63,999 bases of DNA, filler included, from Stramenopiles sp. TOSAG23-3 (GCA_900128585.1; 3 parts of 3 records of this genome joined end to end with filler, not necessarily neighbours in it), one strand, 5' to 3'; positions 1-13,686 are shown, counted from the whole stretch's first letter. Notes: generated by a model not told the origin, from the letters alone. Numbers and translations are program-made.

Positions 1-3000
1 AAATTTCAGAAAAGCAACATAGTCGTTGGGAAAATGGTAATTGCACGTAATTTGAGGATAATTGGGACCTTGGATAAGCCAGCAAGGCTCATTCTCCGCC
101 TCCAAACCGCAGTATCGTGCTTCAACGTGCGCTTTTTCCTGTACCAGTTTTCAAAAATTGTTCAAAAATCGGCGCAACATTTTGAGGTGATGGAACAGGA
201 ATCTGTCGGGGATCGCCACATAGTTTTGACTTTAGATATTATTAATGTTGCCACTATACCACGACTAGCATTTACTCTGGAAGACACGGTAGAGGACGCA
301 CCAAAAGAAGAAAGTAACCCCAACGAAGCGTTCCGAGATCGCCTGATCGATGCCGTTACAATACCGAAATCAGAGACTTACGACACCGAAGATGCGGAAC
401 GGATTCGAAAAGAGCTAGATATATTGGGGCTATACGCTATCGAGAAAGGGGAGGCGAGTGATATCGACCATGAAAACAATTTAGCTATGGCCAGCGCGGT
501 AGACCAAAACCATGTAGATGCCGCTAGATCCGCGTGGTTTGGAAATGTACACTCGCCTTTGAGAGCCTCAAAACGAAAAGCCTTGGAGAGAAAAAACGAA
601 AGCCTCAGCCCTGGAGGGAGTGAAATTGGTGAAAGTGAGAAAACGGTGGGTGTGGACGCACCCGCTGGTAACAGCAGCAACGATGAAATACCCGCAGTAT
701 CGAAAGAACCAGGAGAGGGAGGCGACGACAACCCGACAACTGGTGAGCAATCCCACAAAGAAGTTGCCAATGATGCACAGCAAGAAGTTGCCGACGACAC
801 TCAGCAGGAAGCTGGTGACCCCACCGAACAAGAAGATGTCGAAGACGCTGATGAAGAAGACATTGGCAGTGAAGCAGATAATGATGAACAGAAGGCGGTG
901 CCCAAAGACCTTGTATTTAAAATTGCTATTGAGAATCTACGACCAGATAGGACAACTGGGAAAGTTGGAGAGGAAAAAAAAAGAAATGTGACGCAAGTTA
1001 GTTTTGAGATGGCCCGATTGGTCGGAGTTGAAGAGATTCTTAGAAAAGCTCGTCAAACTACCGTGGAGAAGGACCCCGACAAAGCAAAAGAGATGTCGTC
1101 CTATTTAGACCCACCAGAGTTTTTGCCTCAAACCATACAGCGCGGTCGGCTCGTTGATTTCATACTAAATAGGAACAAGGACTCCGTAGAGAAAATCTTA
1201 CACGACAGCGCAAAGGAGGAGGGGAATACGCCCAAATTAGCCGAAGTAGATGAAAAGGCTGCACGCCGCTTTGTGCGGCAATATAACTCGATAAAAAATA
1301 ATTTGAATGGCGTTCTGGATTCAAAGTCCAGTCATCAATTAGCCGTCGAAATAGCAAACGCTGCTAAATTTGGTCTTAAGGAAGCCGACCTTGACACCGC
1401 TTTGGAATATTACAGAAAAACAGAAAATTTTCATACTATGGATGCTGCATTTACTGCGTTCAGAATCTTAATACAGGCAATGGGGTCAAGGAACCTTGCT
1501 CAGATTAGGACAGCTATATCCAACGCTTCAACAGTCGACAATCCGGGCGTCCAGATTTTAATTAATGCTGCGGACGAATTGATAAAGAAAATTGAGACAG
1601 CCCTCTCTCTCCTTGAAGACGCGGTGTTACTTTGCTCGCTCAACAAGGGCAACATTAAAATGCTGGAATCTGCCATGACGTATTCGGCTCAAGTTGGCAT
1701 TTCAAGTAGCGAAAGCCTTTGGGCATCTATTTTGGATGCAAGAAAATCAGAAGCAAAAACATTTTCAGTCGAATACTGTATACAGTTAGCGATCGATTGT
1801 GCCTCGTTCAGTAAGTTTGAAAAGTACATCAACTATGCATCTATGCGTGCCATATCTACAAACTTTATCTTTCACGCAAAAAATTTGCGGGGACTCGTTA
1901 GGCAATTAATGAGAACACTGGAAACCAGCGCAGCGCTAAAGGCTCTTAGCGAGCAGATAGACAATGACAAGCTTGATGATGATGAAATCACCGCTGGTTA
2001 TGTCAGAGACACCTTGGATGATGCAAATGAAATGCCCGTTTTTACAAGTGGCCGGTTCAAACCATTTGAAAAGCTGGTAAAATGGTACAACAAGCGTTAT
2101 ACCAAAGTGATTGACCTTATAAACACAGATGTCATTGCAGAGAATGGTACGGTCGTTACTGATGAAGAAACCGTCGAAAAAGAAGAGAATAAAGAACATA
2201 GTGTGATTATCGACCCTGCTGGAATCCCCGGCCAAACTGTCGAGGAACCGCTTGGTTCTGTTTACGCGACCCTCGATGAAAAAGAGATAAAAATCCCTTT
2301 CGGGAAAAACGAAATTGAAAAACGATTCAAGATAAGCAGCATCGATAAAATGCTATCTGACCTGGAGAACGCAACAACCAATGTTGACTTGCCTGCGTTT
2401 GCAAGTACAGTGAGAGACTGTCATGAGAACACGGCAATTGAAAACGATCGAGGGGCTTATCGCCGATTTATAAACTTGCAATTAAGGATGGCATGCTATT
2501 GCGAAGGCCCTACGTCCAGATTGTTTGACGAAGCGTTGCTTTTATCTGTCTCCTCGCGAACCCATGGTAGGAAAATCAAGTTGGCAGCAGTGCTATCGGC
2601 TTTAGAAGAAATGCGACGGGGGCAAGGAGACGGAATGCTGATTTCCTGCGATTCAGACCTAAGTGGGCCTAACCGTCGGTCCCATGAAAGGTTTTTGATG
2701 CAAGCAGATATCGATAGTACGTTAAAGTTGGAACTCTGGCCCAACATGCGTTCTATTTACAGCTTCAGAAAAGGATACGGGACTCGCAGGCTGGTAGCTA
2801 CAGATTTTAACCAGAGCATGATGTCCCACACAAGCATGGGCATACCAAACTCTTTAACAAAACTGGGCGATTGGGAAAGCAATGAAGCCATCAGCCTGTT
2901 CTATAGCCTACAGCATTGCATGCGGAAATCAAAATTGAATTCGTCCTACTACGCAAGTGTGAGGTCTCTAGCATCGCGGCTGCTCCTATCGTCACAAAAG

Positions 3001-4467
3001 TTATCGGAAGAAATGTACTTGCAGCTAACCAAGCAGCTGAACTTGAACAAAAATGTGCATGAATTAAAGCGAGGGTGGGACATCATGGCTGTGTACCTAA
3101 GAACCCGTCAGCCCGTAAAAGCACTGTTTACCCGTCTGAAGCTGTTCGTCTTCAGACAAGCTTCCCTTTTGTACCAGTACAACAGCGTGGAAGCGCACGC
3201 GTGCTATCGAGTGGCGCGTTATTGTGCACTATACCTGACGTCTTACAACTACTACTCAGCACAGACGGCACCTTCTGATAGACTTTATGAATATGCTTTG
3301 TCTGACCCGCGAACAATTATCATTGTGTTTCCCGACGGTCTGCAGAGAGATTTTCTAATATCTCCGTACACCCCCACATCACAGTTTCTTGAGGATCTCT
3401 GTGCGGAGCTAAATCACAACGTTGGCGAATGGAAGGAGTTTTCATTGGCAATTGATGAGCTTTCGGATTTTAACCATATAAAAAAAAAGGTGGGTGGACG
3501 TGTATTGGGAGACAACGAGGACATTTTATGGGCGTGTGGGGGGCACTTTGTAACCAACAAACACACGGTGCCTTTCGATTTTAGCGATACTCCACTGCGC
3601 CTCAAATTAATTCCAAAATCCCCGTTGCGACGATTGCGGCGCCATCTTTCGAAGAATGCAGCGTCTTTGCAAGTCGACAAGTTTATGCTGTATTACTCGC
3701 TAGGTGAATTAAGCGACGGGAAACACAGAGAAACTATGGATGTTTTTGCGTTCCTGGCTCTGCTGCTGCTTCGCATTCAAAAACCAGATTTGCTGATCCG
3801 AGACTCGCGGTCCAATGCAACTCCAGACATGGTAGAATCGTTGTCACAAATTGTACCGATGGAGATATACAGAGGACCTGGTGTTGTCAGTACACTTTTA
3901 AGAGTTATGAAAACTCTGGATCAAGATATTAAGACCAATAATCCTGATATATGCACCCAGGCGTTTCTTGGCTTTGCCAAATGCCTACCGTTCTATGGGT
4001 CAAAGATATATGATAATGTCAGCTTCGAAATCCAAAAGTATAGCGACAGATTTTCGTGCCACGCAATGGTTGCAATAAACGGCAACGGGATTGCGATACT
4101 TAGCAAAGGGGAAAGAGCACTTTTGTACAAGATTTCATTTTTAGACATAAGTGGGTGGAGGTTGATTGAAACCTACAGTAAATCTGGCAGCGCAATTGTA
4201 ATTACGTTGAGGGCTATCGACGTAAAATTTGTCGCAAAGCTAGAAACATGCCACCGAATTTGTGAATCGATGAGTCACTTTTGCCAGTCCCTTTTGCGAA
4301 ATGAAGTAGCTGAAGATATCAGTAGCTCTGCCGCGTTTGAACTCTGGACTAATGAATACGGAGAACATTTGTTTCCTGGTCGTCCTCAAATAATGCCTAT
4401 GAACGTTGATAAACGATACGAGAATATATCAAGACGGTTCATATGCAGTGAGCATGATGTCTTTTAA
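1..4467 (+). CDS. Large protein with C-terminal MyTH4-FERM module (probably 5'-partial)
   Basis: The frame is open from base 1 (first ATG at 34). MyTH4-like motifs: MMSHTSMGIPNSLTKL, EEMYLQLTKQL, RGWDIMAVYL. FERM-like motifs: IIIVFPDG, FLGFAKCLPFYGSKIY, VAINGNGIAIL..ISFLDISGW. No myosin motor is visible in the window. Confidence 0.75.
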   Translation, partial: KFQKSNIVVGKMVIARNLRIIGTLDKPARLILRLQTAVSCFNVRFFLYQFSKIVQKSAQHFEVMEQESVGDRHIVLTLDIINVATIPRLAFTLEDTVEDAPKEESNPNEAFRDRLIDAVTIPKSETYDTEDAERIRKELDILGLYAIEKGEASDIDHENNLAMASAVDQNHVDAARSAWFGNVHSPLRASKRKALERKNESLSPGGSEIGESEKTVGVDAPAGNSSNDEIPAVSKEPGEGGDDNPTTGEQSHKEVANDAQQEVADDTQQEAGDPTEQEDVEDADEEDIGSEADNDEQKAVPKDLVFKIAIENLRPDRTTGKVGEEKKRNVTQVSFEMARLVGVEEILRKARQTTVEKDPDKAKEMSSYLDPPEFLPQTIQRGRLVDFILNRNKDSVEKILHDSAKEEGNTPKLAEVDEKAARRFVRQYNSIKNNLNGVLDSKSSHQLAVEIANAAKFGLKEADLDTALEYYRKTENFHTMDAAFTAFRILIQAMGSRNLAQIRTAISNASTVDNPGVQILINAADELIKKIETALSLLEDAVLLCSLNKGNIKMLESAMTYSAQVGISSSESLWASILDARKSEAKTFSVEYCIQLAIDCASFSKFEKYINYASMRAISTNFIFHAKNLRGLVRQLMRTLETSAALKALSEQIDNDKLDDDEITAGYVRDTLDDANEMPVFTSGRFKPFEKLVKWYNKRYTKVIDLINTDVIAENGTVVTDEETVEKEENKEHSVIIDPAGIPGQTVEEPLGSVYATLDEKEIKIPFGKNEIEKRFKISSIDKMLSDLENATTNVDLPAFASTVRDCHENTAIENDRGAYRRFINLQLRMACYCEGPTSRLFDEALLLSVSSRTHGRKIKLAAVLSALEEMRRGQGDGMLISCDSDLSGPNRRSHERFLMQADIDSTLKLELWPNMRSIYSFRKGYGTRRLVATDFNQSMMSHTSMGIPNSLTKLGDWESNEAISLFYSLQHCMRKSKLNSSYYASVRSLASRLLLSSQKLSEEMYLQLTKQLNLNKNVHELKRGWDIMAVYLRTRQPVKALFTRLKLFVFRQASLLYQYNSVEAHACYRVARYCALYLTSYNYYSAQTAPSDRLYEYALSDPRTIIIVFPDGLQRDFLISPYTPTSQFLEDLCAELNHNVGEWKEFSLAIDELSDFNHIKKKVGGRVLGDNEDILWACGGHFVTNKHTVPFDFSDTPLRLKLIPKSPLRRLRRHLSKNAASLQVDKFMLYYSLGELSDGKHRETMDVFAFLALLLLRIQKPDLLIRDSRSNATPDMVESLSQIVPMEIYRGPGVVSTLLRVMKTLDQDIKTNNPDICTQAFLGFAKCLPFYGSKIYDNVSFEIQKYSDRFSCHAMVAINGNGIAILSKGERALLYKISFLDISGWRLIETYSKSGSAIVITLRAIDVKFVAKLETCHRICESMSHFCQSLLRNEVAEDISSSAAFELWTNEYGEHLFPGRPQIMPMNVDKRYENISRRFICSEHDVF

Positions 4468-4685
4468 AGCGATATACATGATAAATGTAAAAACAGCAAT
4501 TTAAAAAAAAAACTTAATTCAGTTTATCTAGCTTGAAATTAAAAACAAAGTAATGGCTATTATTATTTACGAAGTAGGTAAAAACTTATCTAAAACAAAA
4601 TAATTTAATGGTCTAAACAATACTAAAAACAAAAATTCAATTATCAGCCAATTTTTTGTTTTATTTAGGAAATTCTTAGGTATTT

Positions 4686-4859
4686 AAAACAAGAAAATTG
4701 GCTGTTATTTATTCATAAATTGATTAGTGAAATTACAGGAGCAGAGATAAGTTCGCAGTACATGAAGGAATGTAAACCTATACTGGACAAAAGGAGCAGA
4801 TTCACATCCGCGGTACACGAGGAAGATAAATTTTAAATAACAGCCAATTTTTTATTTTT
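4686..4859. mobile_element. MITE-like element bounded by ~25-bp inverted repeats (family A)
   Basis: AAAACAAGAAAATTGGCTGTTATTT at 4686-4710 and its near reverse complement at 4835-4859. The internal sequence recurs at ~33320-33365 and ~40878-40965. Confidence 0.5.
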
Positions 4860-4894
4860 ACAAAAGTAAAGGTTTATCACTCTGATTAAAGTCA

Positions 4895-7800
4895 TCATTT
4901 TGCAGAAATGCATGCGCGTATAAACATATCGTAATAAACTTTTTGGCCAGATGTGCGTGGTTTCTTTTCAAACACTTCTAATACGGAAAAGAAATCGTTT
5001 TCATCCATATTCAATGAGTACTTGGCAAGAATTTCTCGAAATTTTCTGCCTGGTATGTATCCTTTACGAGATCGGTCTATTCGCTTGAGCTCGAGCCGAA
5101 TGGGTTTCCACATGTGCATCATTCTTTCTTTTAATTTTCTGCACACCATTTTAGAAGCATTTGTATGCATTGGAGCAGCATTATTAGTCTGTTGCAATTG
5201 TTTGGTAAAAAGGTCATCTGCATCAACGGACATGACTCGATATGAAGATACCGAAGAACAAATAGAGGCAGTATCAAATGGCTCGGGCGTATCGTTAGAC
5301 GCGACGGAAGGCGTAATGGTGACAGACATTGCATATTTGCTGGGGTTTTTTTTCGGCGCTCGGTCGTTGTTGCGCACTACTGCTGCTTTTTCTCTTTGTG
5401 GATTTGAAGAATATAACGCCCTTGAATCCTTTTTCTTTCCTTTTTTGCTGAAAGTGTATTTAGACGAATGCTTCTTTTTCTTCAAAGACTGGACTTTCGC
5501 TCGAAGCTTGTTATTTCTGATTACCGCTAGTGATGGCGCGGAAGCACTGGGGCGTAACGATACCTTTCTTGGTATGTAGGTCGGTGCCCTCCTAACGCTT
5601 TTGGAACTTTCGTCCACAGTAAAGTACTTTATAAACTCAGTGTACGATATCCCCTTCCCATTTGAGGAATTTCCGAATAGTTTTTTCAGAAATCGCATTG
5701 TTTCTTCAGACAAGTGGACATTAAAACCATACAGCACTCTTCGAAATGTGTTTGGGCTCAAATAACCTTTTCTTCTCGTGTCTTGCCCTTTCAACATGCT
5801 TAGCAAACGTTTCCATGAAGACTTCACCACCTGTCTCAACTCACTCATCGCGGTTTCGGGTGCATGCAATCTTTCGTGCAAAGTATTAGCTAAATCTGCA
5901 GTCGATCTTGATCGGAACCCAGATCTTAGTAACGTTTTTCCTTGGCGGCCTATACGTGGGGTATATTTAGCACCGTGTTTTCTTGGCTGGTACATTCTTG
6001 CTGTAATGACCTTGGGAGCCCCAAGGATGGCAATCAACTTCTTATACTCGACGCTTGCGCGTCGGCTACAACCGGCCAGTCTTACGATTTCAAGACAGTC
6101 TGCATCATTACAGTGAATTCCCATTTGGCAGATAACAAATCTCAACTCTGCTCGTGTTACCAGACCGTTTGAAAATCGGCAAACTGCATCTAATTTTTTC
6201 TGGAGTTCAGACGATCGGCGCAAAACCAGTTTCACTAAGCGTCTCCCAATAGGGTGATTTGCAACACGGCCATGGATTTCTTCCATACTATCTTCTGGTT
6301 TCGGTGATATTGTGAGTGGCTTCGAGGCATGGTTTGGGGTTGCTGGCCTAATTTTAAGGCGGCTAGTGCTTACTCTCTTTGCTGTCCTCGGTTGTGTTTT
6401 AGGCAGAAACCGTTGATAGAGTTTCTTCATGTTTTGCTCAGTAATTTCGAGGTTGAAATGGATACGAACGACTCTCTGGAATTCTTCAAACGATATGTCA
6501 CCACTAGCGTCATGGTCAAATTTTTGAAACGCCAAGTACAGTTCCCGAGGTCCCCCTTTAGTTTTCATCATGATCTTCTCGCGGAGAATCATTTCTAGCT
6601 TGTCCACAGACATAACTTGGGACGCAACCATAGCATTACGTGCCATCAAACTTGCTGCCTGGCGCTGCGCCTGTCTTTGCCCGGCCCGCGTTGAGCCTCC
6701 TGGCATGCCGCCCATATTTTTGAGCTTGTCCGCTGGTATAAAATCGTCAGGTAATAAATGCTTGATGAAGTCATAATATTGTATGTGACCAACATTGCCT
6801 TTATCGTAGCGATCAAAAAGTTTTGCGAGCGTGTGATTGTCAAGATTGAGATTCCATTGATTCAAGATATGTGAGAACTCTTCAAAGTCAATGACCCCGT
6901 CCTTATTGGTATCAAATTTTCGAAATGTACGAAATAGTTCCGAGCCACCAGCTTTCGATTTCCCCATAATTTTGTCCCGTAGAATTTGCTCCAAATGTGC
7001 AACGGTGTCCAGTCCAGTATAGCCAACTTCTACATTATGCGTGCTTAGGAGTTTAGCTTTTTCGTAACCAGACATCGTGTCACGAGCGTAATCACTAGAG
7101 GGCAACGGCGATGAGCTTCCCATCTTCTCAATGAGCGAGTTTTTATCTGGAAAATCAGCTGGCATCAAATGTTGAAGAAATTCGTAATACTTGATGTGTC
7201 CCTTACCGTCTTTGTCGTATCGTCGGAACAACCTGTTCATGTCATTGCGGCCCATATTTAGATTCCACTTATGCATTATTTCCCTAAATTCCTTGGAGTC
7301 TATCACCCCGTCTTTGTTGGTGTCGAACTTGCGAAAAGTTCGGAACAGCATGGACCCCCCGGCTTTGGTTTTGCCATTAATTTTTTCTCTCAGTATATTC
7401 TCCAACTGATCGTCCGAACCTAACCCGACTGCTCCCCGCCTCGCATTGCGCTCTGCTCGTTGCGCGGCTAAGGTCAACTTATTTTTTGAGGGGTCTTCTT
7501 TGGTTTGACCTGGAAGGCCTCCCATTCCTTTCATTTTCTCCAACGAAACAAAATCGTCTGGCAACAAATGTTTAATAAATTCATAGTAGCTTACGTGCCC
7601 CTTTCCGCCCTGATCATACCTATCGAATAGCTCGTGGAGCTCTTCGTCGTCTAAGTTCATGTTCCACTTTAGCATTCCATTCTTAAACTCTCCAAAATCA
7701 ATAACGCCGTCTTTGTTTATGTCAAATTTACGAAACATTCGGAAGAGTACTAGCCCGCCACTTCTGGTTTTACCACGAATTTTTTCTCTCAATATTTTTT

Positions 7801-8038
7801 CGAGTTGATCAAACGATTTTCGCCCCGCTGCCTTTGTCAAGCTCATGCTGGCCAGGTCACGTGCTCGTCGCCTTGCTTTGGCATTTGGGGGCACAGTATA
7901 ACCTGGTACACCACCATACCCAACTCTACTCTGGAAATCAACCGGCATAACATTTGCAGAAAAGTCTTTGAACAGCAGTGTTTGCTCCGGCTGTTCATTG
8001 GTCCCGTGCTGGAGTGAGACGTCTTGCTCTGCAAACAT
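4895..8038 (-). CDS. Multi-EF-hand calcium-binding protein (EFCAB6-like architecture)
   Basis: Three near-identical modules (FRKFD.NKDGVID..EF and F.RYD....GH..YY.F..HL.P.DF), followed by further degenerate EF-hand pairs up to the C-terminus. Confidence 0.85.
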   Translation of the reverse strand: MFAEQDVSLQHGTNEQPEQTLLFKDFSANVMPVDFQSRVGYGGVPGYTVPPNAKARRRARDLASMSLTKAAGRKSFDQLEKILREKIRGKTRSGGLVLFRMFRKFDINKDGVIDFGEFKNGMLKWNMNLDDEELHELFDRYDQGGKGHVSYYEFIKHLLPDDFVSLEKMKGMGGLPGQTKEDPSKNKLTLAAQRAERNARRGAVGLGSDDQLENILREKINGKTKAGGSMLFRTFRKFDTNKDGVIDSKEFREIMHKWNLNMGRNDMNRLFRRYDKDGKGHIKYYEFLQHLMPADFPDKNSLIEKMGSSSPLPSSDYARDTMSGYEKAKLLSTHNVEVGYTGLDTVAHLEQILRDKIMGKSKAGGSELFRTFRKFDTNKDGVIDFEEFSHILNQWNLNLDNHTLAKLFDRYDKGNVGHIQYYDFIKHLLPDDFIPADKLKNMGGMPGGSTRAGQRQAQRQAASLMARNAMVASQVMSVDKLEMILREKIMMKTKGGPRELYLAFQKFDHDASGDISFEEFQRVVRIHFNLEITEQNMKKLYQRFLPKTQPRTAKRVSTSRLKIRPATPNHASKPLTISPKPEDSMEEIHGRVANHPIGRRLVKLVLRRSSELQKKLDAVCRFSNGLVTRAELRFVICQMGIHCNDADCLEIVRLAGCSRRASVEYKKLIAILGAPKVITARMYQPRKHGAKYTPRIGRQGKTLLRSGFRSRSTADLANTLHERLHAPETAMSELRQVVKSSWKRLLSMLKGQDTRRKGYLSPNTFRRVLYGFNVHLSEETMRFLKKLFGNSSNGKGISYTEFIKYFTVDESSKSVRRAPTYIPRKVSLRPSASAPSLAVIRNNKLRAKVQSLKKKKHSSKYTFSKKGKKKDSRALYSSNPQREKAAVVRNNDRAPKKNPSKYAMSVTITPSVASNDTPEPFDTASICSSVSSYRVMSVDADDLFTKQLQQTNNAAPMHTNASKMVCRKLKERMMHMWKPIRLELKRIDRSRKGYIPGRKFREILAKYSLNMDENDFFSVLEVFEKKPRTSGQKVYYDMFIRACISAK

Positions 8039-9025
8039 ACTCCGAAGAAAGTATTTTGCGGTCTGTACTAACTCAAATTTCTTTCGATTGGTGCCTAAAA
8101 TTAATAGTAGGATTACAACAGACTTTAAGCTGAAAAAATTGCATGTAGATACTTACACGTCAAACGTTATTGTTGATTTTCCAAGTTTGCACTCTACCAG
8201 ACAACGAAACGACGGTTCAATGTACGAGGAGTTGTTGTTGGTATATTTTTTCAATAGTAAAATAACACTACCGGTACAAAAAACTTTACATTCGAATAGC
8301 AGCTACCACCGGTACCCAGGTCATACCCGTTCCGGTACCGTGCCTGGTACCGGTACCTGTACCGGGTACCGGTACCTACCTGGTTCCGTAGTTCGGCAAG
8401 TGGAACTCACATCAACGAGACCGACCACCGGGCTAATTTGAATAATTTATTAGTCTCTATCTATATTATTAAAACGCCCAAAAATCGATGGATGAAGCAT
8501 GCCAACCGGTTCGTACGTACGACGGTAGTCTACGGTGACAATTCCACTAATAGTCTATTAAATTATAATACTGCTTTTTTATTAGTCTAGTATCATTATT
8601 AATTAGATGCTACAACTCCTAGAACCCGAACCGCAACACAGGACACACAGGTGAACGGATAAATTCATTGTTTGTTGCACGAAAGGTGCTCTTTCTTCCT
8701 ATCCGTATGCTGCATCCAGCAGGGTATTATTAGGGTGTAGCATTCACCAGCAGCACCAAATTAAAATTAAAAAAAAAAATCATGTCCTCGTCCTCGTACG
8801 GTACGGTATGCTCTCTCTGGCATCAGTCAGGAGGTCAGAGCATTACTACTGCCTCATTGTTAAAAAAAAGTCTGCAAATAATTGTCACTGTCCCGGTTTG
8901 CTTTGTTTCGTGTATAACTATAAACAAGTGATTATAACATTATGCACGGGTTTTAAAATCTATTCTGCTCCTAAAACCGCGTATTTCACTTTGCCGTTTT
9001 GCAATTGATTTTGTAAGGGAACAAA

Positions 9026-9892
9026 ATGAATGAGAGTGTAGCAAAAGAAATCATGGGTCGGTACTCGCACAACAGTACAATGGCTCTGAATAATCCGAGA
9101 AGGGGGGGGGGGTTTGATATTGCACCACGGAGCACATATCTTAAAAAATATAGCAACACAAAAATTAAAAAAATGCTTGCGGAAGAAGCTGCACAAGGGA
9201 AAAGTTTGGGCTATAAAGATGGTGCAGCCACTATGAAGTGGAGGAAAAAGCAAATGAAAATGCACAATAGACTGATAAGGACAGCAGAATCTTACGTTGG
9301 CAAACAGATAAAAGGACACCAACACTTTTGTGCTGTAACGGATAGGATATATGAATTGGGAAGGAAGTATAGAGAGCTAGACGAAGAAAGAAGACGGAAA
9401 AAGGCGATTAAGTTTCACGAGGAAGAAACGGCTAGGCTGAAGACGGTAATTCCAAATTTGAATCAAGGAAACGAGTGGAACGATGCGTATTATAGGCACT
9501 GCAAACGGCTGAACGTCATGACTCACGTGGATGACCCGTGGTTACCAGAGAGCGAGAAACATGTAATTGAAAATCAGTTATGGAAAAAGAAGGGCAAGCG
9601 ACACCGTCGGCCGTCCTCTGATCGAAAATTGTCATCAAAGAACAGTACTATGGCCGAGAGATTGATTGGAAATACACTTTTCTATTCCCCCTCGCTGTTC
9701 TCCAACACCAACAGGAAAAGTATTGAAAGAACACCTTCGCTGATGTACCTAGAAGATTTTATGGACGAAGGCCTGGGTGGGATGTGGCCGAAAGACAACA
9801 ACAACATCACGTCCAAAGCCCCTTATAATAAATTGGTAAAACGTTCGGGAGCAGAATCAAGGGCAAAGAAGCAGTTGGCAGAAACTGTATAG
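9026..9892 (+). CDS. Hypothetical basic protein with a coiled-coil segment
   Basis: 288-aa ATG-initiated ORF filling a GC-richer block between AT-rich spacers. No family recognised. Confidence 0.6.
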   Translation: MNESVAKEIMGRYSHNSTMALNNPRRGGGFDIAPRSTYLKKYSNTKIKKMLAEEAAQGKSLGYKDGAATMKWRKKQMKMHNRLIRTAESYVGKQIKGHQHFCAVTDRIYELGRKYRELDEERRRKKAIKFHEEETARLKTVIPNLNQGNEWNDAYYRHCKRLNVMTHVDDPWLPESEKHVIENQLWKKKGKRHRRPSSDRKLSSKNSTMAERLIGNTLFYSPSLFSNTNRKSIERTPSLMYLEDFMDEGLGGMWPKDNNNITSKAPYNKLVKRSGAESRAKKQLAETV

Positions 9893-10090
9893 CGAGCGAA
9901 CAGGCACGAAGTATAAACATCGAATGAAAAGCAAAAGGATAAGAACAAAAAAATGGCTGTTATTTTAAGTAAAGCAAAATGGTAATTTACGATTTCAAGA
10001 ATTTAAAAACAAATTAATTTTTAGCCATTATTTTGTTTTTTACAAGAAATAAAAATAATTGTATTAATGATTACACTGAGATTATCAGAT

Positions 10091-11632
<1,542 letters not shown>

Positions 11633-12297
11633 TCAATATCAAAACTTTTCTTTATGTTCAATCAACCAATGGTACACGATTTTTTAACAATTGATTTGTT
11701 TTTTTTGATTTGTTTGATTGGGTTTAAATCTATCAAGTGGGTGGTGGTGGTGGTGTTCTACACTTTTAAATAGGTATTACTAATTGTACAGAACTATAAA
11801 TGTTATTACTCTAAAGACTACATTCAAATTGAACCCAATATTTCTACTTTTTTATTTTTATTATTAAATAGGGATAATAATGTGTATTCTATTACTTTAA
11901 TAAGTACATATTAGGTTTTACGCGCCTTTTTGTGATTTGGTATTTTATAGTGGTTGCTACGGTAATATACCTGTACCGAGACAACGAGGTTTATGGAATA
12001 ATGCACTAAAAAAGAAAATGAAGAAGAAGAAGGGATGATAATAATGATATTGAGAAGGGGTGTTGTATTATCTCGACGATCTTTTTCTTTCTTTTTTTGA
12101 ATTTTGATTTTTCTTCTTCTTGTTTCCTTTACGTTCGTTTGTGTAACTATAAGTAAATAATTATTAAGAAAAAATTCAGGATTCCGTTATGAGAGAGAGA
12201 GAGAGTATGGTTTCATCACTTTTACAAGAAGTTTCTTCGTTTAGATTTTAGCTTATTTTTAGAAAGAACGGTTGGAACTGGAAAGGGAACTAAAACC

Positions 12298-13686
12298 ATG
12301 CCAAGAGAGATTATTACGCTTCAGGTGGGCCAGTGCGGGAACCAAGTTGGCTCAGAGTTTTGGAAGAAATTATGCCAAGAGCACGGGATAAGCAAAGAGG
12401 GGCAACTTGAAGATTTTGCCACTGCAGGGAACGATAGAAAAGACGTCTTCTTTTACCAAGCCGACGACGAGCACTACATTCCGCGTGCCCTTTTGATGGA
12501 CTTGGAGCCGCGAGTACTCCACTCCATCCAAAACTCCGACTACAGGCACCTGTTCAACCCAGAAAACTTTTTCATCGCCCCGGAAGGTGGGGGCGCCGGT
12601 AACAACTGGGCGTCCGGGTATGCCCAGGGGGAAAAGTTACACGAGGATCTCATGGAGATGATCGACCGCGAAGCGGACAATAGCGACAGTTTAGAAGGTT
12701 TCCAACTCTGCCACTCCATTGCTGGTGGTACGGGTTCTGGCATGGGTTCCTACCTGTTGGAAAACCTGAACGACCACTTTCCGAAGAAACTCATTCAGAC
12801 TTACTCTGTGTTTCCCAACACCGATGCGTCGCAGAGTGACGTCGTCGTCCAGCCCTACAACTCCCTCTTGACGTTGAAGCGCCTAACGTTGAATGCAGAT
12901 GCCGTGGTTGTCCTGGACAACACTGCGCTCAACCAAATTGCGGTGGACCGGCTTCGGATTCCGAACCCCTCGGTTGGCCAGTTGAACTCGTTGGTCAGCA
13001 CCGTTATGGCAGCGAGCACGACCACCCTGAGATACCCGGGGTATATGAACAACGACTTGATTGGCCTGGTAGCGAGCCTGATCCCTACGCCCCGCATGCA
13101 TTTTCTGATGACCGGGTACACGCCGATGACCACGACAGACAAAGTGAGCCGCGTTAGGAAGACGACCGTGCTGGACGTCATGAGGCGGCTGTTGCAGCCG
13201 AAGAACATTATGGTTTCCAGCAACATTCGGAAGGGTTGCTACGTATCAATTCTAAACATTATTCAAGGCGAAGTAGACCCGACCCAAGTTCATAAAAGTT
13301 TGCAGCGTATACGGGAGCGAAAGCTTTGTCGCTTCATACCGTGGGGACCTGCTAGTATTCAAGTGGCGTTGTCCAAACAATCTCCCCACATCGAGCACCA
13401 ACATAAAGTAAGCGGTCTTATGCTTGCAAACCACACAAGCGTTGCTGGCTTGTTCGCCCGCACGTTGAAACAGTACGACACTCTGCGGAAACGGAACGCT
13501 TTCCTTGAAGTCTACCGCAAGGAGCGAATGTTTCAAGACGGCCTGGAAGAGTTTGACAGTGCGCGAGAAATTGTAAATTCTGTTCGAGAAGAGTACATCG
13601 CGTGCGAAAAGGCGGACTACATCAATTACGGGGAGAACCAACTAGCAATGTCAGCTGCGAGCAATGAAAGCGCGGGAATGTCGTGA
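12298..13686 (+). CDS. TUBG1: Gamma-tubulin
   Basis: [50 protein letters not shown] and [14 protein letters not shown] are gamma-tubulin signatures. Confidence 0.98.
   Translation: MPREIITLQVGQCGNQVGSEFWKKLCQEHGISKEGQLEDFATAGNDRKDVFFYQADDEHYIPRALLMDLEPRVLHSIQNSDYRHLFNPENFFIAPEGGGAGNNWASGYAQGEKLHEDLMEMIDREADNSDSLEGFQLCHSIAGGTGSGMGSYLLENLNDHFPKKLIQTYSVFPNTDASQSDVVVQPYNSLLTLKRLTLNADAVVVLDNTALNQIAVDRLRIPNPSVGQLNSLVSTVMAASTTTLRYPGYMNNDLIGLVASLIPTPRMHFLMTGYTPMTTTDKVSRVRKTTVLDVMRRLLQPKNIMVSSNIRKGCYVSILNIIQGEVDPTQVHKSLQRIRERKLCRFIPWGPASIQVALSKQSPHIEHQHKVSGLMLANHTSVAGLFARTLKQYDTLRKRNAFLEVYRKERMFQDGLEEFDSAREIVNSVREEYIACEKADYINYGENQLAMSAASNESAGMS

Noticed and set aside
4641-4859. Repeated 25-bp motif as a CRISPR array
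   Set aside because: Copies are dispersed, in mixed orientation and irregularly spaced; the context is eukaryotic with no cas genes.
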